DNA of 64,000 bases from Malacoraja senta (lineage: Eukaryota): contig CM075988.1 of NCBI GenBank assembly GCA_038087875.1, positions 21,826,001 through 21,890,000 on the forward strand, written 5' to 3'. Within the stretch, counting starts at the first letter, position 1; every line of letters begins with the position of its first letter. A program made the translations under genes and the position numbers. The notes below the pieces were generated by a model. The model was not told the DNA's origin and did not search any database. It was given only the letters and a program-made list of their open reading frames with translations. Shown piece after piece: positions 36,101-49,124 of the stretch.

Positions 36101-39100
36101 TCATTTTGTCCATCCTTAAATTCTATCTTGATTAGACAAGGAGAATTTGTAGCTTTGGTGATAAGATCAAAAACCAAAGGACAAAGAGTGAAATATTGGC
36201 AAAAGACCTTGCCTTACAGTGCGAGAGACCCGGGTTCGATCCTAACTACAGGTGGATCCACTGTGGTGGATGTTAATTTGTGTTTATTGTGTGTTTTGTC
36301 ATTTATTATTATATGTATGACTGCAGGCAACGAAATTTCGTTCAGACCGAAAGGTCTGAATGACAAATAAAGGAATCTCTAATCTCTAATCTCTAATCTC
36401 TAAGGTGCTGTATGTATGTAGTTTGTACGTTATCCCTGTGACCTGCGTGGGTTTTCTCCAAGATCTTCGGTTCCCTCCCACACTCCAAAGAAGCACAGTT
36501 GCAGGTTAATTGGCTTGGTATGAATGTGAGATTGTCCCTAGATAGTGTGTAGGATAGTGTTAGTGTGCGGGATTCACTCGTCGATGTGGACCCGATGGGC
36601 CGAAGGGCCCGTTTCCACGCTGTACCTCTCAAACTAAAACTAAAACAAAGGATAAAGAATGCAGGTATTGACAAAAGACCTGTCAGGTGCTGTGCTGAGG
36701 AACAACATTGCTGCACAGTGGATAGTTGGAGACTGGAATGCAATGCAAAGGTAATCATGCAGGAAGATCCAGTTGTGGTTTGCAAAGGAATTAATTAAGT
36801 GCTTGAAATGAAAAGATTGCAGGGCAGTGGGGAGAGAGTGGGAGCATGTGCATTGTTTATTATTGATGCATGCATTCTTCTTCATGCTGTAACTACCTTG
36901 TGATAGAACAACTCTTACACCTGCCAATTAGACTGCATTTCCGAGATGTGAGCAGCACCTTGGATCGCTGGTCGGTGTGGACTCGGTGGGCTGAAGGGCC
37001 TGTCTTCGTGCTGTATCTCTAAAACTAAACTAAAACTCGTGCCAACATGTGCACTTCCTGCCTTACATAAGGAGGCCAATACTATGCGTGGAATGTCAGG
37101 TCTGGTCCCACCAATGCTCTATATAACTGAAGCAAAACCTCCCTATTTTTTATTCAACTTCCCACGCAATAAATAATATTTTGCTGGCTTTGCTAATTAC
37201 TTACTGTATGGCACGCAAGCCTTTGGTAGTCCCAGCTGTAAGACAGCCAAGTACCATTGTATCTCAGTGTTCTGTAATCTCTCACAGTCAGATAAATGCA
37301 TTTTTTTTTTTTTGCAGCCAAATTGGACAATCTAATTTCTACTTGCAAGATATTGTGTTGCCAGATCTTTGCCAACTCACTCAACTGATCTCTTTTCATT
37401 TGGTGACTTCCCTTCCATCCACTTCACAACTTGCCTTTCTACCTAATGTAAGAAAACAGATGCTGGCTGTGTAGGAAGGAACTGCAGATGCCGGTTTCAA
37501 CCGAAGATTGACACAAAAAGCTGGAGAAACAGGCAGCATCTCTGGAGAGAAGGAATGGGTGACGTTTCGGGTCGAGACCCTGGGTCTCGACTTGAAACGT
37601 CACCCATTCCTTCTCTCAACAGATACTGGTTTATACCAAAGACAGACACAAAGTGCTGGTGTAACTCTGGCAGCTCCGGCAGCAACTCGGGAACAAATGG
37701 ATAGTGATGTTTCAAGTCGGGACCCTTCTTCAGACTAAAACAAGTCTCTTTTCTCCAGTCTGAAGAAGGAACAAAGGCTAGAAGTGAAATGGAGACCAAA
37801 ATCTAATGATAAAGTACTGTAGTTGGATTATATTTCTGTGCTATTATTAAAGTCTTCTTCTTAATGTAAAGAGGAAGTGGAAAAAATTGTCCTACTAATC
37901 AAAGATCAGTATGACAAAATGTTATTCTTTTAATTCAGAGCAAATTAGATTCCTTTAATTTCTTTAATTCAGAACAAATGGCGCAGCGGTAGCTTTGCTG
38001 CCTTACAGCGGCTGAGACCCCGGTTCGATCCTGCCTATGGATGCTATTCATATAGAGATTGTACGTTCTCTCCGTGACCACGTGGGTTTTCTCCGGGTGC
38101 TCCGGTTTCCTCCCACATCCCAAAGACATGCAGGTTTGTAGGCTAATTGGCTTTGGTAAAATTGTAAATTGTCCTTAGTGTGTAGGATAGTGCTAGTGCG
38201 CAGGGATCGCTGGTCGGCACGGACTCAGTGGGCCGAAGGGCCTGTATCCGCGCTGTACCTCTAAACAAAACTAAATAAGCAAGTGATATCAATATCTCTT
38301 TTCTTTATCTGCCATTTATAAATCCTTCCTAAACATAGTTTCTCAATCATTGCCAAAGAGTATTGATCGATGAGTCTTACTGGAGCTAATATCGTCTCAT
38401 GGCCACCTGTAAACAAACTACTTGAGGCTGTTGGCAATGGTGTTTCCAGGGCTGGTGCCAACAGCTTAAAGTGTTCATGTTCTATTCCTGAAGGTTCCAC
38501 CTCTGCTACTCGGAAAAGATACTTTGCCAAAGAATTTTTTTTTTTTAAACATCATTTCACTTTCTGTTTCTTGACATAATGATAAATTCAAATCCAGACT
38601 TGTTATTTCAATGAAAACAATCCACAGTGTTTCTGCCCATAACCTTCAGGCAATAAAGATAAAGATAGCACCCTTTAAATTGACTTAACACGTAAAATAA
38701 CAAAGTCAGAAGAGCAGTGTTGAACATTTATCCTGGTGCTATGAGAAATAGGAAATAGGAACATTTCTGTATCATTCAACCTCGTGAAAGCCTCGTGTCA
38801 CAGGTAGATAAGGTGGTCAAAAATAAATTGCAAAGCTTCAAGAAGACAGCAAGGGATAGGGTTGGGGAGAATGCCTGAAAATGCTTAAAGTCCGCTTCAC
38901 GTGTTTTTTTGATTCTGTGCTGTACAGAAGGTTGAAACTGAGCCCGTGTAACTGACACACTGCGGTCGACTTTAGTCAGATTCTGTTCTCTGTTGGCAAA
39001 GAACAAATGGCAATCGTAAAACAATAAAATAAAGTCGAACGGGTAACAGGACCGTTTGCTTGTCTGTAATGGGGTGGAATTGGGCTGTGTTTACTAATTC

Positions 39101-42100
39101 CGTGTTTTTCAGAGATGCACGGTTTAGAGGTGTTATACTGTAAGACCATTCAAAAAATGCTTGTGCCTGCTACAGTAAACAACACATCAAAGGAAAATGA
39201 TGTATATAAAGAATAGATGAATGTTTGTTCGTTGAGCAGTCTCCTACATTGCTCCGAGTGCTCACTGTGTTTGACGCTTTTAAATAAAGTTTTGATTGCC
39301 TCGCCCGATCGTGAGTTTAAAGTTTTCTTTAACAATAGGGTGGTCAAAAAGGCTTTTTGGTGCAATGGTACCTGGAACACATTGGCAGGGAATGGTAGTG
39401 GAGGGAGATACAATACTGGTGTTTAAGAGGCTTTTAGATAGGCACATGGAATGGAAGGGATAAAGATCATGTACAGACAAATTAGATCAGTTTAACTTGA
39501 TAGCATGTTCAGCACAATCATTGTGGGTCGAAGGGCCCGTTCCAGTGCTGTACTGGTCCATGTTCAATGTTGTTCGACTGGGCTTATATTTGTTGGAATT
39601 TAGAAGGATGAGAAGGGTTCTTATAGAAACATATAAAATTCTTAAGGGATTGGACAGGCTAGATGCAGGGAAAAAGGCAGGAAACATGTTCCCGATGTTG
39701 GGGGAGTCCAGAACCAGGGGCCACAGTTTAAGAATAAGGAGTAAGCCATTTAGAACGGAGACGAGTAACACTTTTTCTCACAGAGAGTGGTGAGTCTGTG
39801 GAATTCTCTGCCTCAGAGGGCGGTGGAGGCAGGTTCTCTGGATGCTTTCAAGAGAGAGCTAGATAGGGCTCTTAAAAATAGCGGAGTCAGGGGATATGGG
39901 GAGAAGGCAGGAACGGGGTACTGATTGTGGATGATCAGCCATGATCACATTGAATGGCTCGAAGGGCCTGATGGCCTACTCCTGCACCTATTGTCTATTG
40001 TCTATTGTCTATTGTGTTCCCTTGTTGGGGCAGTCCAGAACCAGGGGTCACAGTTAAAGAATAAGGGGTAAGCCATTTAGGACCGAAATGAGGAAAAACT
40101 TTTTCAGCCAGAGAGTTGTGAATCTGTGGAATTCTCTGCCACAGAAGGCAGTGGAGGCCGTCACTGGATGTAATCAAGAGAGAGTTAGATATAGCTCTTA
40201 GGGCTAACAGGATCAAGGGATATGGGGAGAAAGCAGGAACGGGGTACTGATTTTGGATGATCAGCCATGATCATATTGAATGGCGGTGCTGGCTCAAAGG
40301 GCGAATGGCCTACTCCTGCGCCGATTTTCTATGTTGTCCAATGCAGTTAAATTCTTGCTTTTGCAAGGAACAGAAATCTTTAATGGTAATGCAGATGTAG
40401 TTTCCCCAACACTGTGCAGCTGGAGCGAGACTTCCTTTACCACACTCCATCTTCTCCGCAATAAATGCCAGCGTTTTATTCGCATTCCTAATCGCCTATC
40501 AAGCCTCCCCACTGACTTCCCCATGTTTCACATACAAAGACAGCGATTCTGTCTGTTCTGCTGGATTTCCTAGCCACTTCTCATTCCTGCACTCGTGCAC
40601 TTTGGAAGGCACCCAGTCAAAAACATTCTCTCAAATCCTACTGCTCCAAAGCTTGGTCACAAATTCACCTCCAACCGACTCTCCAATAAACCTGCGAGTG
40701 AATAATTGCCTCTAAAAGCCCGACGTCTCAAATGGTGCACATTCATTAGTGCCTGTCTAAACCTCCTTTTCCTATAACCCTCCGTCAGGTTTTTTCTTAA
40801 TTATGGAATACATTTTCCAAAAAGGCATCTGAGACAAGGGTGACCCAAGCGCAGAGAATTCTAACGACCTGCCTCTCTGCAGACATTTGCTATTAATCAG
40901 TATTCAATTAAACTCAGTGCCACATCTCAATTTTAAGATGGTACTTTTAAGATGGAAAGTCAAAAGATCGAAAAGACTGCCGGAGTCCAAATGGACTGAT
41001 TTTTATTTGCATTTAGTCAACTTCAAATAGAAAGGGCTTTTAATTCAAACAATATTTAGATGGGAAAGGAGAATACTAAGGGATCAAAGATGCCCCAACA
41101 ACTGCAGTTCTGCAGAACCCAAAGCTAAATCTTCAAAACCAAAAACAGTGCTGGAGAAGCAGAGCAGGAAATAGTGAGTGATACAGTGTGGAAACAGGCC
41201 CTTCGGCCCAACGTGCCCACACTGACCAACATGCCTCATCTACACCAGTCCCACCTGCCTGCGTTTGATCCATATCCCTCCAAACCTGTGCTATCCATGT
41301 ACCTGTCCAAATGTTTCTTAAACGTTGCAATAGTCCTTGCCTCAACTACCTCCTCCGGCAGCTCGGTCTATACACCTACCATCCTTTGTGTGAAAAAGTT
41401 ACCCCTCAGATTCCTCTTCAACCTTCCCCCCCCCCTACCTCACCTTAAACCTATGCTGGAATCTTGAGCAAAAGACAAAGTGCCGGAGGAACTCAGCAGG
41501 TGAGGTCACATCTGCAAAGGGAATGGACAGGCAATGTTTCCCCTCACCTCTCTCTACCAAATTCCTCCCCATTACTCGTCTTGAAGAAGGGTCCCAACAC
41601 AAAACATTGCCTGTCCATTCCCTCCACAGATGCTGTCTGACCCGCTGAGTTCCTCCAGTACTTTGTTTTTCCTCTCAAGATTCCAGCATCTGCAGTTCCT
41701 TGTGTCTCCTCCCTAATGACTGGTTACTGAAAGATCTGATCAGCAAGAAGATGATGGCAAATTGGATATACAGGTAACGTTATGATAATTCCTTTACACC
41801 GAGTACATTGTTGGTTTCCCCTTTGTTTTGTCGGTTTTAACATACGTTTTGATCCATTTGGACAGGTACATGGATCGAACATGTTTAGAGAGACATGGGC
41901 TAAACGCAGGCAGGTGTGACCAGCGTAGATAGGGATCTTGGTTGGCATGTGCAAGTTGTGACTCTATGACTTTCTCTGGACCACTTGCCCGGATTCACTC
42001 TGTTCCCCTTGGCCTATGTGACCTCCCGCTTGCCAAACATTTTGACTCCCATTCCCATACTAAGCTTTCTCTCCTGGCCTCCTCCACTGCCGGAGTGAGG

Positions 42101-45100
42101 TAACCCTTGTATTCCCTCCGCCCCTCCCCCAGCCTCACCACCTTACTAGTTCCACTATTCAAATCCTTCTATCCCTTTGTTACCACCTCTTCCCCAGCCA
42201 ACAATGGGCCATTGTGGGCTCCACCCTTCCTTGCTCATCTCTTGCCAGTCCTGCTCTGATCTGGCCTTTTCCTACCTCCGGTTCCCTCCCCTCTATTTTC
42301 AGTCTGATGAAGGGTCCCGACCCGAAACGTCGACCACCCTATTTCTCCAGAGATGCTGCCTGACCCGCTGAGTTGCTCTAGCACTGTGTGTCTATGCCCA
42401 GATTCCCAATGTTCAGCCTTGACCACAAATGAGAGATGTGGCAATGGGAGGAGTAGCTAATGGAAGAGTCCCACCCAGTTTACTTGACCAGGTGAACGCA
42501 CAGAACATTTGAAAAGGTTAAACACATTTAAATATATAAAAGATACATGGTGGAATATTTGACTAGGTTGTAGCTTGTATTCCAAGAGAGAGAGGTTGAT
42601 GTATATTGAGACAATGACCGATGCCTTTGAAATGTCTTTGTCCTGGAAGTACCAACTGATAAGATGCCTGTGAAATGTGTCTACTAATTGATAAGAGACA
42701 AGCTCAGACTTGTCCTGTGGTAATGGGTATTGACTGCATCTTGTAACCATGACTAAGAACTTTGGTATATGACTAAGTGACACACAGTATAAAACACCAT
42801 GCACATTTTTGTTCATTGAAGTGGTGGAGTGGGGAAGTCAAGTGTCTGTAGCTTACTTGACTGGTGTAACCCCGTCACTTCCGCCAGCTGATGATCGGTA
42901 AAGCTTGAGTTAGTTTACCTAACATTTTTGTGAGTTGTCTGTTTATTAAGAAGTGAACCTTATCACGTTGACCAGAAGACTGGGAGACATAACCGGTTAT
43001 AATTATGAAATGAACGTCAAATCTGACCCAAATAAAAGAACTCCTAATTATTTCCCCACCAATTATTTCCAGAATGTTAAAGAACCTGATGCTGCTAATT
43101 GCTCTGAAAAGGAATTAAAAACTTCAGCTGCCTTCATTCTATATGTAATTCACCAGCTTGTGGGGACGAGCAAAATTTCAAAAGAGAGTCAGGTTCGTTT
43201 AAGAACCTGTGCAAGAAGGAACTGCAGATGCCGGTTTAAACCGAAGATAGACACAAAAAGCTGGAGTGACTCAGCGGGACAGGCAGCATCTCTGGAGAAA
43301 AGGAATGGGTGACATTTCGGGTCGAGACGGGTTATGATCGGTCTGAAGGGTCTCGACCCGAAATGTCACCCATCCCTTCTCTCCAGAGATGCTGCCTGTC
43401 CCGCTGAATCACTCCAGCTTTTTGTGTCTATCTTTAGTTTAAGAACCTGATGGTGTGGGTTTCTATGGGTTTCAGGTTTCTGTACCTCCTGCTCAATGGA
43501 GGCAGCGAGAAGGGGGTTTGATCCAGGTAGTGCTGATAGATGCCACCTTCTTGAGTCAGTACCTCATATCGATGATTCTGATGGTGGGAAAGGCTGTGGG
43601 AAAGGGTGATGGACCGGGCTGTCTCCACCACTCTCTGCGGCCTCTTGCGTTCCTGTGTGTTGTGATCGCTGGTTGCTTCATCAGCGAACTTCCTTCCATG
43701 TTGTATTGGCAGATGGTCCAACCAAGATTTCACGCCCCTCTCCCTCGCAAAATCCGTCACTTCTCCATGTTCTCCAGAGATAGTCATACAGCATGGAAAC
43801 AACCCCTTCGGACCTAACTTGCCCACATCGGCCAACATGTCCCAGCTACACTGGTCCCACCTACCAGCGTTTGGTCCATATTCCTCTAAACCTGTCCTAT
43901 CCATGTACCTGTATAACTGTTTCTGAAATGTTGTGATAGTCCCAGCCTCATCTATCGCCTCTGGAGCTTGTTCCAAACACCCACCACCCTTTGTGTGAAA
44001 ATGTTACCCCTCAGATTCTTAGTATAATGGCAGTTTTAGTAACGTTCTCAAGGTCCAACCTTGACAGCCATAACATCTCGTATATGAAACGGCCATAACT
44101 AAATCTTTTTCCCCTTCACCTTAAATCAATGTCCTCTGGATGCTGCCTGACCTGCTGAGTTTCTCCTGCACTTTGTGTCTCTTTGTGTGAGAAGTGAGGA
44201 GTTAGGTATGAGAGGAATCTCGAGACTTTCAGACCATGGTCGGTCAAGTGCAGAGGCCAGACCGTGCAAAGCGTCAAGTGAGTGAATAACAGAAGTTGGA
44301 ACGCATCCCATCAAGTCATAACTGTGAGCAGAAGATGGACGTGAGAGATTTTTGGCGTCAGCTACTGGGAGTAGCACTGACTGAAACCACTACACTGTTC
44401 CGTGGAATAATACTTGAAAGGTTCAGGATTGCAGGAATCAGAATCATCTCACGGGATTAATAGCACACCACTCCAGGACAAGACGATGACGGGGTGATGC
44501 TCAGCGCAGTGACCCGCTATCTTCCCATCAAATTAAGGTGACATTTGAAGGGAGTGATTTACTCTCAGCTCTCTGGCCCACGGGAGGAGATGTGGCCGTC
44601 AGCTCTTGGTGGTCCATCGAGGAGATACAATCACTGACACTCCAATCAAACTGAGGGCATCCGGAGGATAGCAGTGGACCTGACCTTATCTAACTCGAAT
44701 AAATAAATTGTCAAGAAACTGCATGTTTATTCCTCGACGTGTTCAAAGATTGAGTGGAACAGCTACCTAAAATTATTCTGCACAGTTGGGTCTTTCATTA
44801 AAGGCTGACACGGGCTGGTTTCAACAAAGAGTTCTGCAGTTAATGATGATAAAGCTACCTACTTCAATTGATCCGTAACTCTGAACTGGACTTCAGGCAA
44901 TCCCACTTCTCTTTGTTCTAAGCTGCGTTCTTTGATATCCTACGTAGAGTAGCCTGCGGTAATTAGTTTGATCTTTGTAGATGCTGCAGAGCTGTGCAGA
45001 TGTTGACTGGTAGATAAAAATGCACCAAACTAGGTACAGGTAAATGCTTTGTTTTACATACAACCCGGGCAGTCTACAAGTGTCGTCATGTGTTGGCACT

Positions 45101-48051
45101 GACAAAGTTACAAAAGTACCGAACATTCCCATCTACTGCCTGCCCCACATGTGGCAGCATGCTCCCCCCCTCCCCTCCCCTCCCCTCCCCTCCCCTCCCC
45201 TCCTCAAGGGTGATCTCTCATTTTCACACCTTACCCTTCCATATCTCTATGCCTCCCTCTCCCCTGACTCTCACTGTGAAGAAGGGTCCCGACACAAAAC
45301 ATCACCCATCTTTTTTCTCCATAGATGCTGCCTGTACCACTGAGTTACTCCAGCATGTTGTGTCTTGTGTAAGAATTTCAATGTTCTGTCCGGGACATAT
45401 GACAATAAATATCTTGACTCTTGACTCATGAAATGGTGCTAATTTTCGTTATGGGAGTCCTTGGGCTTGTTAGTATGTCTGGCCTATTTTTGATTGAATG
45501 ATTGAAACATACAGCATGGAAACGGGCCCCTCAGCCCATCAAGTCCGCACCGACCATTGATCACCCGCTCACATTAGTTCTATGTTATCCCCCTTTCCCT
45601 TCACACTAGGGAGCAATTTGCAGAGGCCAACTAACCTACAAACCCGCAGGTCTTTGGGATGTGGTAGGAAACCAGAGCACCTGGAAGAAACCCACCTGGT
45701 CAGCGAGGGAACGTGAAAACTCCACACAGACAGCACCTGAGGGCAGGATCGAATATGGGGCTCTGATGCTGCGAGGCAGCAGCTCCACCAGCTGTGCCAT
45801 TGAGACAGAGGCAAGGAGATCACCTTTAATCAAACACCAACCAAATAATTGGGACTTTTCATAAAAGTCATTTTTATATGAACTTGCAGTTTTAATCTTT
45901 TTAAATATAATCTCTTTGATGTCCTCATTTAGTTAAAAGATACGAGGAATAAATATATTACCTTTAACTCCCCATCACATTCCCAATCGGACCTTTCTGT
46001 CCTGGGCCTCCTCCATTGTCAGAGTGAGGCCCAGCACAAATTGGAGGAACAGCACCTCATATTTTGCTTGGGTAGTTTACACCCCAGCGGTATGAACATT
46101 GACTTCTCTAACATCAAGTAGCCCTTGCTTTCCCTCTCCCTCCATTCCCTCCCCCTTCCCAGTTCTCCCACCAGTCTTACTGTCTCCAACTACATTCTAT
46201 CTCTGTCCCACCCACTCCCCTGACACCAGTCTGAAGAAGGGTCTCGACCCGAAACGTCACCCATTCCTTCTCTCCAGAGATGCTGCCTGTCCCGCTGAGT
46301 TAAGGGCCTGTCCCACTGTACGAGGTAATTCAAGAGCTCTCCCGAGTTAAAAAAAAAAATCAAACTCGTGGTAAGCACGTAGAATGTACGTAGCGGCTAC
46401 GTCGGAGCTCGGGACGTTTCTTAGCGGCTCGTAACGCTAATGGCAGGTACTCGGGAAATGCGGTAAGCTCGTGAAGACTCGTGAAGATTTTTCAACATGT
46501 TGAAAAATGTCCACGAGAGCCCCGAGTACCTACGAGCGGCCATTACCGTAATTCTCCGAGTTCGAATCAGGGGAAACTCGGGAGAGCTCTTGAATTAGCT
46601 CGTACAGTGGGACAGCCCCATTACTCCAGCATTTTGTGTCTACCTTCGATTTAAACCAGTATCTGCAGTTCTTTCCTACACAATATATTACCTTTTGTTT
46701 ATTTCATCAAAATATAGGATGCCATTTCACATTTTGAAAATGTAGTTTATCCTCGATAGTATTATTTACAAAAATTAATCCCACTTGATACCTAGGAGAA
46801 AGCTTGCACCGTTATCTAAAGCTGTCATGATATTCCATTACATAAGCTCAGTTTGAATTATTTATCATTTGCTAAACTCAAAGTAATCACCAACTTTGTG
46901 ATTTTACCCATCACCAGCCATTGCTTACAAATAAATCTCAGATCACTTTGCAATATATATATCAAAATAAAAATATATATAAAATATATATAATAATATA
47001 TATAAAATAAATATAAAAATATACAAAATATATATATATATATAAAAATATATATAATGATATATATAAAATATGCAAAATAAATACATAAAAAGCTATA
47101 CCTTTAGACTTCAAAGATTATAGACTTTAAAGATACAGTGGAGAAACAGGCTTTTTGGTCCACCGAATCTGTGCTGACCATCGATCACTGTACATAACAC
47201 TGTCCTATACACTAGGGACAATTTTACAACTTACTGAAGCCAATTAAACTACAAACCTACAATCTTTGGAGTGCGGGAGGATGCCAGAGCACCCAGTGAA
47301 AACTCACGCAGTCACAGGGAGAACGTACAAACTCCGTACAGACAGCACCCGTGCTCACAGACAGCTCCATACAGACAGAACCCTGTGATAATAAAGTATC
47401 TATCAATCAATCAATCATTAATTGAAGAGCGTATCAATGAATTCAGATGCTTAATTTCAGATGGTGCATTCTCAATCGTATTGTCCCCATGCATCAGGGA
47501 AACATCACCCCTCCACTAACTAACTCCAACTCTTTGCTATTAACTAATTTTGTTGATGAACATCGTTCTTTTTGTTACTGTTAATGAAAGCACGTTTACT
47601 GGCAATACCTTTCACACATCATCGCGGTTCCACCAGCCTGTTAATTTGCAAGGAAATCAGTATTTATCCAACAGGAAAATCCCAGAGGAACTCTTCCCTG
47701 TCCTAGCTCTTGCACAGCAGAACTGTGAATAAGATAAACTAGTATTGGTTCACGACACTAAAGTGACTGCTAATTCTTTCCCTGATTGTTTCCAGAAGCA
47801 GGGCAACATTGGGGTTCATAAGTGAAAGGAGCAGAATTAGGCCATTCGGCCCATCAAGCCTACTCCGCCATTCAATCATGGCTGATGTATCTTTCCCTCT
47901 TAACTCCATTACTCCTGACACCCGTACTTCTTCTTTTCGTGTCCATCTTGTTACAAATATTGACCTCGCTGTCATCGCCCGTCCTGAAAAGGGCGCGAGC
48001 TTCCGGCGACAATCAGTGGAAGCCGTCACTTGTCGCAACAGATGATGGTGG

Positions 48052-48118
48052 TAGCAGAATTAGCTCAGGATACTTCCAGTTTCCAGCCCCGCCACGTGGA
48101 CGCTTCTGCTATGGGGCC
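48052..48118 (-). ncRNA. Copy-B version of the CPEB3-like HDV ribozyme (element 47929-48118), with a P3 mismatch
   Basis: Same as 23737-23803 except that position 48093 changes P3' from CGC to GGC. Confidence 0.75.
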
Positions 48119-48983
48119 ACACCCGTACTAATCCAGTATCTAACTATCTCTGCCTTAAAAATATCCATTGACGGCCTCCACAGCCTTGAATATCTTCAGT
48201 TTCCTCCCACACTCCAAAGACATACAGGTTTGCAGGTTAATTAGCTTTGTTAAAATTGTAAATTCTCCCTGGTGTGTAGGATAGTGCTAGTGTACGGGGA
48301 TCGCTGGTCGGCGCGGTCTCGAGTCAAAGGGCATGATTCCGCGCTGTTTCTCTAAAGTCTAAAGTGATTTATGCTTTTTATTGTTACAATTCAAAACATA
48401 TCAGCTTGGTTTTACAGTCAGTTAAATTTGAAGCACATTGTTTATCTATTTGTTTATTCTGCAGACAAGTTGTTCTCAGATATTCAAAGTCACAACTTGC
48501 CTCAGGTGGGGATTAGGAGACAGTGAAGAGATTATAAAAGGGTGTTTCTCTTTATTTCATCAGAATGAAGAATCTTACTGATAAGTAAGAGGGGTGGGGG
48601 GAACTACTTTCAGTCTGAAGAAGGGTCCCGACCCGATACGTCACCCATTCATTTTTCTCCAGAGATGCTGCCTGACCCGCTGAGTTACTCCAACACTTAT
48701 CTTACTATCTGAACGCTGTTTAAAACAGCAAGTGAAAGGTAGAATATTTATTTAAATGGAAAATCGAGCGCACTAAATGTGGTAGACGGAAAGAGAGATG
48801 AATTTAAGAGAGAAAAGACACAAGAAACTGAAAGAAATCGTGAAAAATAATGATTTATTTTTTTACCAGCCAATATTGAGAAGTTAGTGCACTTTTCAAA
48901 AAAACTTTCGCAATCAAACTTTGAACTGAATTAGCGCCGACATTCTCAGGCAGGTTTAATGCTTATCTATCAGGTAGAATAGA

Positions 48984-49124
48984 GGGGTGGGAGATTGCAA
49001 CCTTCACGTGGTCCGCCTTGTTTCGACAAATGCAATCAACCTGACGTGCACAATCAAATAAGATCAAATAGAACAAGTTGTCCTACAACTTTAGGCTGTG
49101 CACGCCGTACGCAAGAAGAAGAAG
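48984..49124 (+). mobile_element. Copy-B version of the 141-bp HDV-ribozyme-headed element (ribozyme 48984-49037)
   Basis: Same sequence and TSD as 24662-24802. Confidence 0.8.
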